Source: Trichodesmium erythraeum IMS101
GTDB lineage: Bacteria; Cyanobacteriota; Cyanobacteriia; Cyanobacteriales; Microcoleaceae
Direction of reading: 5' to 3'
DNA: 32,000 nt
Assembly: GCF_000014265.1 (NCBI RefSeq)
Contig: NC_008312.1
Coordinates: 6,690,001 to 6,722,000 of the forward strand
Part shown: one piece after another, positions 9,593 through 17,506 of the stretch
Layout: each line of letters starts with the position of its first letter
How positions within the stretch are numbered: position 1 is the first letter of the stretch
The notes under the pieces: model-generated
The model's input: only the letters and a program-made list of their open reading frames with translations
What the model was told of the DNA's origin: nothing
The model's database searches: none
Program-made: the position numbers and the translations under genes

Positions 9593-10990
9593 TCAATTAT
9601 TTAATAAATTTCTTGGAGGTATTTCTCGTCCTTGATAAAACTGTTTTTCTAATTTACTTAACAGTAACCAAAAAACAACTCCAACAGGCAAACTTAAAAT
9701 CAAAAAAGTCATCAAAGTCATATTAAAATCATCTAATATTAACAGCATAAAAAAAATACTTGCCCAGATAAATGAAGTCACAAGCACGACTCCAACCTTT
9801 ATTCGTTGTAAATTTTTTAAAGCTCTGCGACAACTACTACATTTTTTAGTATGAGAATGATACCTATCTAACAATATTTCTGAGTTCAGAGCAGAACTTA
9901 AAGTTGCATTAGGAAATAATTGAGCATTATATTTATTCACCCAAGAACGCAATTCAAATACAAATAAATCTGCTTTTGTAGGTAAATAAAAAGCCTTAGA
10001 AAAATTAGCACTACCACCCTTTGCTTCTAAATATCGTTCTTGATAATGTAAAAATATTTGGTCATCTTCCAATACTCCATTTTGCCCAATATGAGAATAC
10101 CAACGGGGGCTTAACTGAATAAAAAATTTCGGTAAGGGAGAAGAAAACTTAAAAGGGAAACGGGCAAATAAACGACATTCTCCTTTACGAATAGGTGTTG
10201 CATATACAACTGTTAATGTACGACCAAATTGTTTAGAAGTAAGGTCATGCCACATCATTCCAGGAGCAATAAAAGTAGTCTCTTGTCTTCCTAAAGTTCC
10301 TTTTCTTGGACCTTCTTCCCAGACCCCTTTAAAACCCCATTTTCCAGATTCTAAAACTTCTAATTCTACAGGAGCAACATTAGCGCGGTTTCCCACAGTA
10401 CGATGATGAGTATAAGGAATATGACTAGCATCTAAGACATTTTCCATTAATGTTAAACCATCATAAGGTACATCTCGAAAAGTATTTAAACAAATCCATT
10501 CATTAGAATTTTCATCTAAAACATCAACTTTAGGAATAGGTGTTTGAGCAGCATTTTCGATTTTTCCTGCATAGACAAATAAAAGACCTTGACAAACTTT
10601 TGTAGGTAGAGATTTAACTTTTGCTCTTGATGATTTTTCTGCCTTTCCTCCTGCAATTTGTTGAGGAATAATTTCACAATTTCCTCCCCCTGAAAATGCC
10701 CAACCATGATAGGGGCATTCTAAGCATCCAGCCTCATTAATTCTACCTTGAGAAAGGGGTGCTAAACGATGGGGACATTGATCTTCAAATACCCGCCATT
10801 GATTGTTTTTTTCTTCCCACCAAATCACAAGATCTTGTTCTAATAATGTAAATGTTGTAGGTTTATTTTTCTCTAAGTCTTCTATATAATAAATTGGATA
10901 CCAAACTTCTTGCCAATCAAAATATTCTGGGTCTGTTCCACCTGCACTTACAGGAATATTGTCGGATTTTTTGATGGTATTAGCAATCAT
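9593..10990 (-). CDS. Rieske [2Fe-2S] non-haem iron oxygenase of the PAO/Tic55/PTC52 family
   Basis: 465-aa ORF. It has the Rieske motif CPHRLAPLSQG...CPYHGWAF, a mononuclear iron region (DASHIPYTHH), a C-terminal CxxC (HTKKCSSCRRAL) and two C-terminal TM helices, as in pheophorbide a oxygenase-like proteins. Confidence 0.9.
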   Translation of the reverse strand: MIANTIKKSDNIPVSAGGTDPEYFDWQEVWYPIYYIEDLEKNKPTTFTLLEQDLVIWWEEKNNQWRVFEDQCPHRLAPLSQGRINEAGCLECPYHGWAFSGGGNCEIIPQQIAGGKAEKSSRAKVKSLPTKVCQGLLFVYAGKIENAAQTPIPKVDVLDENSNEWICLNTFRDVPYDGLTLMENVLDASHIPYTHHRTVGNRANVAPVELEVLESGKWGFKGVWEEGPRKGTLGRQETTFIAPGMMWHDLTSKQFGRTLTVVYATPIRKGECRLFARFPFKFSSPLPKFFIQLSPRWYSHIGQNGVLEDDQIFLHYQERYLEAKGGSANFSKAFYLPTKADLFVFELRSWVNKYNAQLFPNATLSSALNSEILLDRYHSHTKKCSSCRRALKNLQRIKVGVVLVTSFIWASIFFMLLILDDFNMTLMTFLILSLPVGVVFWLLLSKLEKQFYQGREIPPRNLLNN

Positions 10991-11494
10991 TAGAATATCA
11001 GTTATTTTACTTAAGCTACTTAATACAATATAGCTTTATGTGGGAAGAAAATTCTTAGTTTAGTATTTTGATGGGTCTTCGTATTATTAATCAATATCAT
11101 TTCAGTTATTAGTTATTACTACAGACCGCTGCAGGTTTATATATCTATTTATTTCAAATTTATTAAATGACAAATTGTATTATAGTAGTTTTGATTTCAG
11201 TCAACTACAGTATAAACGTTTCAGAAAAGCCCCTAAATAATTTTATAAATGTGACGCGAAGTTATCAATTTTAACATCTCTGCCAGTCAATTTTTTAGTT
11301 AGCATTCAGCTAATTTTAAAAAAATGATTTATGGCTGTATTTGGTAAAAATTATGTAGTGCCCCCACCTGACTCCCGTAGGCATGTTTCATTAACCTGAA
11401 AGATGCTGTATATAAATTCAAGATGAGATAAGCTTATCACCTATCCCATCTTTTTGACTATTAGATTACAATTTAGTCTGGTAAACAAAGATCA

Positions 11495-11531
11495 AAAAAT
11501 TAAGTTTCCTACAAACCGATACTTAATTTTT
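11495..11531 (-). terminator. A/T-rich hairpin plus T-run overlapping the petN stop codon
   Basis: On the minus strand, AAAAATTAAGT, a loop, then ACTTAATTTTT followed by TGATC. The arms lie at 11521-11531 and 11495-11505. Confidence 0.45.
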
Positions 11532-11619
11532 AGAACCCGTTACGACCCCAAACTACCATCGAAATAGAGAAACCGAACAGAACTAAAATGGAAACCCAAC
11601 CTAATGACAAAATATCCAT
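11530..11619 (-). CDS. petN: Cytochrome b6f complex subunit VIII (PetN), 29 aa
   Basis: Reverse-strand ATG at 11619..11617 and TAA at 11532..11530. Translation [29 protein letters not shown] matches the conserved PetN pattern (MDI..LGWV....[10 protein letters not shown]). It is below the ORF-track length cutoff. Confidence 0.85.
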   Translation of the reverse strand: MDILSLGWVSILVLFGFSISMVVWGRNGF

Positions 11620-12575
11620 AATTGCTTTCAAAAAAAATAAAAATTTACTCCAAATTCTATAATATTTTATTTATGGTATTTTGACTACGAGATAATCACA
11701 TAGAACAAAATATTCATAGGGTAGTCAGCAAAACAGAGTAATTCTGTTAATATAGATTCTAGTTATATAGTATATCTCTATGCTACATTTTGTAATGTAA
11801 AATATAGATCAATATAGCACATATCACTTTTCAAATAAATATCAAATCATATACCATAACTCAGTATAATACTCCCCATACCTAACAGCGGGGCAAGATA
11901 TAAAACTGATTTTTCCTATTTATCACTATCTAGTTGCTAGAGGCAAAACCCAGCTTGTATGGTTAATTCCTAATCAAATTTTACCTTCACAGAAAGAATT
12001 GAATTTCTCAACGCAGAAATTCTTGTTGGTATTTTACTATTTTTGGCTTTCGGGGCGATCGCTTACGGCTACAGTTATCAGGCAAAAACAATTCTTTCAG
12101 AAAGCTAATTAATCTTCAAATAACAACTTATTTGGTCAAAAAAGCCACGACTCATAAAACTTGCAATGTTATTGAAAATTTAACAGATATTAGAAATAAA
12201 ACTTATCCAATACATTGTTGTAGAATAAAACGAAGACTATCTAATAATTAGGCATTTTATTCAGTATCCCATAGATAATTAGGGAATAGGTTAACTATTT
12301 CTTAACTCAAGTCAGTAAAGAAGTATTCAATAGTTTAGACCACTTTCAAAGGAAAAAAATATGGCGTTTATCTTCTAAAAAACATTCAAATAAGTCCGCT
12401 ACTAGGGAAAAGAAAAGACCTAGTTTAACTAATCTTTGATTTGAAGAAAAACAAACATTAACTTGCACAAAACACTAAACTCTGATTAATTAAGTTTATG
12501 GTTAAACTAATTTGTTAACAATAATGACTTTTTATTCAACAAAATAAAAAATTTATAGTTCTTTGCCTCCTTAAC

Positions 12576-12854
12576 ATGAATAACCCCAAAATCACGATTA
12601 CTTTAAAACTATTTGCAGTCTACCAAGAAGCTTACAAAGTTCCCGAAGTCCAACTCAGCATTTCCCATGGAACAACAGTATCTCAACTTCTAGAAAGGGT
12701 CATTAGCCAATACCCCGAACTAGAAAAGTGGCAAGATGTCACAAAATTTGGCATTAACCTCAATTTTGTCCCTCCAGAAACCATTCTTCAAAACGGCGAC
12801 GAAGTTGTCCTCATTCCTCCAGTCAGTGGTGGCCTTCATGATTTTAGAATTTAG
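12576..12854 (+). CDS. MoaD-type ubiquitin-fold sulfur-carrier protein with a 6-residue extension after Gly-Gly
   Basis: 92 aa. ...NGDEVVLIPPVSGG matches the MoaD C-terminus (E. coli ...DGDEVAFFPPVTGG), but the ORF continues LHDFRI* (12837-12854). Confidence 0.75.
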   Translation: MNNPKITITLKLFAVYQEAYKVPEVQLSISHGTTVSQLLERVISQYPELEKWQDVTKFGINLNFVPPETILQNGDEVVLIPPVSGGLHDFRI

Positions 12855-13025
12855 AGATTTTTTTTTAGAAAATATAATTTACTCCCTATCTAGTCATAGA
12901 TTATAGACTTAAACAAAATTAAAGTTCATAAAATGATACATTTACTATAACAAAAAGTAATATAAATAAACTAAAATTAACTATTTATCTGTAGCATCAA
13001 ATTAATGAAAAAATGCTCAAAAATT

Positions 13026-13081
13026 ATACCCGACTGTTTTTGTCGGGTATGGTTGACGGTAACTTTGACCCATGCTAGTAT
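13026..13081 (+). promoter_or_regulatory. Hairpin abutting a sigma70-like promoter upstream of the ThrC-like gene
   Basis: Perfect inverted repeat ATACCCGAC (13026-13034) / GTCGGGTAT (13042-13050). It is followed by TTGACG (13053-13058), a 17-nt spacer and TAGTAT (13076-13081), 47 nt before the ATG. A GGGAG Shine-Dalgarno sequence precedes the start. Confidence 0.4.
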
Positions 13082-13128
13082 CTGAAAAATCTAAATAGTT
13101 CTGAGAAATGAAGTAGGGAGTAAAGACT

Positions 13129-14442
13129 ATGACCCATGCCACAAAAACTCATAACCAAATCGAAACGACAAACACAGCCGTAGAAAACCTTAGATGCAAA
13201 GAATGTGGAGAAGAATACCCCTTAGAAGCAAAACACATATGTGAAGACGTGTGCTTTGGCCCTTTAGAAGTTAAATATAATTACGAAAAGCTCTCTCAAA
13301 TAGTAAGTAGGGCCACAATAGAAGCAGGCCCTAAGTCTATCTGGCGTTATCGACATTTCCTACCAGTGGTAACAGACAACTTTATAGATGTAGGAACAGG
13401 TATGACTCCCCTCGTAAAATCAGAACGTTTAGCACGTCGCCTGGGTCTAAAAAATCTCTATATTAAAAATGATGCAGTAAATATGCCTACCCTTAGTTTC
13501 AAAGATAGGGTAGTATCAGTGGCCTTAAGTCGCGCTAGAGAATTAGGTTTCTCTACAGTATCTTGTGCAAGTACAGGTAACCTAGCTAACTCTACCGCAG
13601 CGATCGCGGCCAAAGCTGGATTAGAATGTTGTGTATTTATTCCTGCTGACTTAGAAGCAGGAAAAGTTCTTGGTACCTTAATTTACAACCCAACACTCAT
13701 GGCAGTTAAAGGGAACTATGACCAAGTAAACCGCCTTTGTTGCGAAGTAGCAAATAGCTACGGTTGGGGCTTTGTAAATATTAATCTCCGCCCATATTAT
13801 TCAGAAGGTTCAAAAACTCTTGGTTTTGAAGTTGCTGAACAACTAGGATGGCAACTACCAGATCATGTGGTTGCTCCTATTGCTTCTGGTTCCCTTTACA
13901 CCAAAATTTACAAAGGGTTCCAAGAGTTTATCAAAGTAGGTTTAGTGGAAGATAAGGCAGTTCGTTTTAGTGGAGCCCAAGCTGAAGGTTGTTCACCAGT
14001 AGCTCAAGCATTTAAGGAGGAGCGTGATTTTATATCACCAGTTAAACCTAATACTATTGCTAAGTCAATTGCTATTGGCAACCCGGCAGATGGTGTCTAC
14101 GCACTAGAGTTAGCTCGTAAAACAAATGGTAACATTGAATCTGTGAATGATACTGAGATTATTGAAGGTATAAAATTATTAGCAGAAACAGAAGGTATAT
14201 TTACAGAAACAGCGGGTGGTACAACTATTGCTGTATTGAAAAAGTTAGTAGAGGCAGGTAAAATTGACCCTGAAGAGACTACTGTTGTTTACATTACAGG
14301 CAATGGCTTAAAGACTCAAGAAGCAGTACAAGGTTATGTCGGCGAACCTTTAACAATAGAAGCAAAGCTGGATAGTTTTGAAAGAGCATGGGAACGCGCT
14401 CAAACATTAGAACGTCTTGACTGGCAACAAGTTTTGGTTTAA
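13129..14442 (+). CDS. thrC: Threonine synthase-family PLP enzyme with N-terminal zinc ribbon
   Basis: 437 aa. Cys-rich N-terminus LRCKECGEEYPLEAKHICEDVCFGPLEV. PLP-lysine motif PTLSFKDR. Fold-type II PLP blocks (CASTGNLANS, GSLYTKIYKG, TGNGLK). Whether it is a true ThrC or a ThrC-like sulfur-transfer enzyme cannot be decided from sequence by eye. Confidence 0.85.
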   Translation: MTHATKTHNQIETTNTAVENLRCKECGEEYPLEAKHICEDVCFGPLEVKYNYEKLSQIVSRATIEAGPKSIWRYRHFLPVVTDNFIDVGTGMTPLVKSERLARRLGLKNLYIKNDAVNMPTLSFKDRVVSVALSRARELGFSTVSCASTGNLANSTAAIAAKAGLECCVFIPADLEAGKVLGTLIYNPTLMAVKGNYDQVNRLCCEVANSYGWGFVNINLRPYYSEGSKTLGFEVAEQLGWQLPDHVVAPIASGSLYTKIYKGFQEFIKVGLVEDKAVRFSGAQAEGCSPVAQAFKEERDFISPVKPNTIAKSIAIGNPADGVYALELARKTNGNIESVNDTEIIEGIKLLAETEGIFTETAGGTTIAVLKKLVEAGKIDPEETTVVYITGNGLKTQEAVQGYVGEPLTIEAKLDSFERAWERAQTLERLDWQQVLV

Positions 14443-14497
14443 TTTTTCGTTATCCTATGGGATTTTTATGATAAATTCCTAGGAAACTTAAGGTTAT

Positions 14498-14623
14498 ATA
14501 TAGTAATCCTATTTTTATGTGGTCTAAAATATTACCATTTTTTGGCAATATGTAATGAGTAATAGTTTTGGAGTTTATTTCTAGTTTTTGAATTTTTGCA
14601 ATAGTTTGATAGGATTACTATAT
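14498..14623. mobile_element. MITE-like element, copy 1 (126 bp, perfect 15-bp terminal inverted repeats)
   Basis: ATATAGTAATCCTAT (14498-14512) and ATAGGATTACTATAT (14609-14623). The core GGAGTTTATTTCTAGTTTTTGAATTTTT is shared with the element at 16711-16848. No coding capacity. Confidence 0.6.
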
Positions 14624-14734
14624 TAGTTTTGGAAAAATAATTTTTTTGTGAAAAAGATAACTATATTATTGAATTAACCATAATAATAAGTATCTACAAA
14701 TTAAGCGTTATTTATACGAGTTAATTAACAAGTT

Positions 14735-15010
14735 ATGGCAATCAAAGTTTTAATTCCTACTGCATTGCAAAAGTTTACTAACAATGAATCACAAATTGAA
14801 TGTAGTGCTGGTAATATTTTAGATTTAATTGAATCTCTAGAAGCTAAATATCCTGGTATAAAAAAAAGTCTTTGTGATGATAAAGGAGAACCAAGAAGAT
14901 TTTTAAATTTCTATGTTAATAGTGAAGATATTAGATTCTTAGAAGGAACAAAAACATCTATAAAAGATGGGGATGAAGTTAGTATTGTTCCTGCTGTTGC
15001 TGGTGGTTGA
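14735..15010 (+). CDS. CysO-like MoaD/ThiS-family sulfur-carrier protein ending in Gly-Gly
   Basis: 91 aa. [14 protein letters not shown]...[21 protein letters not shown]...[37 protein letters not shown] parallels M. tuberculosis CysO as I recall it (...VNIYVNDEDVRF...DGDSVTILPAVAGG). Confidence 0.8.
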   Translation: MAIKVLIPTALQKFTNNESQIECSAGNILDLIESLEAKYPGIKKSLCDDKGEPRRFLNFYVNSEDIRFLEGTKTSIKDGDEVSIVPAVAGG

Positions 15011-15408
15011 GTTAGTTGGGATAAAAAGTGTTGGAAAACCTACCCCATGGGATATCCTATGAAAGAAATTGGCGATCGCTTTTAACTTAATACATTACTT
15101 CCCTCTAAGGGTATATATCATGGCTTTTGAGCATTATACCTAGGTAATTTTTATTGTAATAGTAGTGTATTGTAGTTATTTTTGTGAAGAGACAAGGTAG
15201 TGGGAGCAAAGTGCTCCCGTACTATTCTATTTACCATTACTATATAAAGAATACTAAAATTTATAATACAAGAGTGTGACTATTCATACCTTAGTACTTT
15301 ATTACTGCTTTTCAAATTTGCGTTTCAAAAATGTCCCATACTTTGGTCTAGCCCAAGAGATGGTATATCATAGCTGCTGATTACTATTTCCTATTATGTA
15401 AAGCTAAT

Positions 15409-16437
15409 ATGGAACTTAAAGATTTTCTCGGAACAGACCTTAAATACGACGTAAAAGCCCTCGCTGATGATGAATACTTAACTTGCGAGATTCAGGCCAT
15501 ACTAATTGACTTAAATATGCTTAACCCTCCAATAGATGGCATATTTGGCCCATTGACTACGGCAGCACTTCATCGGTTTCAAGTAGAGCAAAAAAGTGGT
15601 GAAGCGGGATATTTAGGAGAAAAAACTATCAAAAAATTGTGGGATGCAAAAGAAGCAAATATTTTTGCAGCTCCAATTATATTAAGAACTACAAAAGAAA
15701 CTATTCTGAAGTTAAGACCTCTTCTATCTTCTCAATTATCTGATTCAGAAAAGCATCAAATGTCTGCTCATCAAGAATTTGAACTTTTAGCTTACACTCC
15801 AGTTAGAAATCATTTTCGGGTTGCTTTTCGTAATTATAAATATAATGGTTTAGGGGTTTGGTATGTTGATGAAAAAAAGGTTGAAATTTATGAAAATAAT
15901 CAAGTTGTACATCCTAAGCTGAAGCCAGAAAGTATTAAAATAAAAGTTCCTTACAAAACAAAATTAGATGATTTGTATAATCCTACAGGTTTATGTAATA
16001 TTACTTCAATAGCTTCATGTTTAGAATTTTTAGAAGTAAATCGTAAGTCGAATTATGGTGAGTTTGAAGATGAACTTTATGAGTATGCTTTAAGTCAAGG
16101 TTACAGTCGTCATCATCCATATCATTTAGTTAAAATTATAAGGGATTATGGATGTAAAGATACTTTTAAAACTCATGCTACTATTCAAGAGGTTCAAGAC
16201 TCTCTAATAGCAGGAAACCCTGTGGCTATACACAGTTATTTTACTTCTTTTGGTCATCTAATTGTTGGTGTTGGTTTTGATAATAAAGGATTATTTATCC
16301 ATGACCCATATGGGGAATGGTCTTCTACTAAATATCGGACTGACCTAAGTGGTGCTTGTCTACATTGTTCTTATGAGTTAATTCGTAATGTTTGTATGCC
16401 AGATGGTAATTTCTGGGTACATTTTATTTCAAAGTAG
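15409..16437 (+). CDS. Peptidoglycan-binding-domain protein with C-terminal C39-like (papain-fold) cysteine peptidase domain
   Basis: 342 aa. PG_binding_1-like segment LNPPIDGIFGPLTTAALHRFQ...GYLGEKTIKKL. The C-terminal half has a Cys block (YNPTGLCNITSIASCLEF) and a His block (FGHLIVGVGFD...IHDPYGEW) typical of Peptidase_C39_2-type proteins. No obvious signal peptide. Confidence 0.65.
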   Translation: MELKDFLGTDLKYDVKALADDEYLTCEIQAILIDLNMLNPPIDGIFGPLTTAALHRFQVEQKSGEAGYLGEKTIKKLWDAKEANIFAAPIILRTTKETILKLRPLLSSQLSDSEKHQMSAHQEFELLAYTPVRNHFRVAFRNYKYNGLGVWYVDEKKVEIYENNQVVHPKLKPESIKIKVPYKTKLDDLYNPTGLCNITSIASCLEFLEVNRKSNYGEFEDELYEYALSQGYSRHHPYHLVKIIRDYGCKDTFKTHATIQEVQDSLIAGNPVAIHSYFTSFGHLIVGVGFDNKGLFIHDPYGEWSSTKYRTDLSGACLHCSYELIRNVCMPDGNFWVHFISK

Positions 16438-16710
16438 AAGCGATCGCGATACATAGACTATTAATAGTTATTATTAATAATAGAGGCTGAAATAAACTCT
16501 TTCTTCAAATAATATCATCTCTTCCGGTACAAAACACCTCAGGTAGTCTCTCTAGTCTCACTACTTCAATAGTGTTTTGTGCTTGAGCGGCTTGCAAGGC
16601 TGAGAACAATTCTATTCTTAACTGAGTGGTAATAACGCTCAGGAATAATTTGCCAGAATAAAGTTTAGTGTTTATGGCGGCAAGCGATCGCTAAACCAGA
16701 AAAGGATAGA

Positions 16711-16848
16711 TATGGCAATTCTATTTTATTTATGTTGAAAATCCTGCCACTTTTTGAGAATAGGTAATGGTGTAATGGTCAATAGGGAAGAGTTTTAGAG
16801 TTTATTTCTAGTTTTTAAATTGTCACAACTTACGAGGGAATTGCTATA
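16711..16848. mobile_element. MITE-like element, copy 2 (diverged, same orientation as copy 1)
   Basis: The ends TATGGCAATTCTAT (16711-16724) and GAATTGCTATA (to 16848) are imperfect inverted repeats. The core AGAGTTTATTTCTAGTTTTTAAATTGT matches copy 1. Overall identity is roughly 70% by eye. Confidence 0.5.
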
Positions 16849-17434
16849 CAATTTGATACATTGTTTATAGCTACTGAAAAGCTAGCACAATTTTATTTTG
16901 TATTCATTAGCAGCATGTTCATTTCTGAGCTTAACTCACTCTTTTTCTAGCTTTTCGATACGAGATTCCAGAGAAGCACCACTAGCATTAGTGGTAGAGT
17001 TGATAGCTTATTCAAGTCTAGTAAAAAACATAATTAGATATCTCCTGTCAATAATTAATAACTAACAATTAATAATTTATAAGCAAAGTTATGATATTTG
17101 ATTGGTTAACAAATATAGCCATAGTCAAAGCAGAAAAGCTTAGACATAGCCTAGCTAAATGGAATAATTATTATTCAGATTTATTATCATTATAAGGTAG
17201 TTTTTTTTATTTGACAAGATATCTTATATTTGACTTTTTTATGGGAATAATTATTGTTTGAAAAGCAAAATTTATTGGTTAATAAAAAGGAATAACATTT
17301 GATAAATTGAGGAATACTAAAATCACAAAAAAGAATAATATTTAATCTGGATTTTGTCTTATAGTTTGTGTCTAATTCTATTCGTTGAATTTTATATTAC
17401 AAATATATTACATTGATTTGAAAAAATTTTTCGA

Positions 17435-17449
17435 CTCGCCAGAGGCGAG
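17435..17449 (-). terminator. Short GC hairpin downstream of the kinase gene
   Basis: CTCGCC-AGA-GGCGAG, about 60 nt past the stop. On the minus strand it is followed by TCGAAAAATTTTTTC. Confidence 0.35.
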
Positions 17450-17506
17450 ACTCATGAGAGAAAAAAAAACACAGAGTAAAGGGCAAAAGAGGAAAAGAAT
17501 AAAGGG

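Noticed and set aside
11974-12108. Open frame encoding a single TM helix (...EFLNAEILVGILLFLAFGAIAYGYSYQAKTILSES*), possibly a small membrane or Hlip-like protein
   Set aside because: There is no ATG, GTG or TTG in frame (only ATT). The match to the CAB/Hlip ExxNGR motif fails at the Arg. An alternative TTG-started frame gives an implausible peptide. It may be a decayed micro-gene but is not supportable.
16440-17506. Searched the 1-kb ORF-free region downstream of the kinase for a DGR template repeat, Avd or RT
   Set aside because: No sequence resembling the conserved variable-region scaffold (GCAGAACGGCA, ACGAAAACC, CCAAGAACCGCC or their complements) was seen on either strand, and no ORF. 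Only a MITE-like element and short interrupted frames are present.
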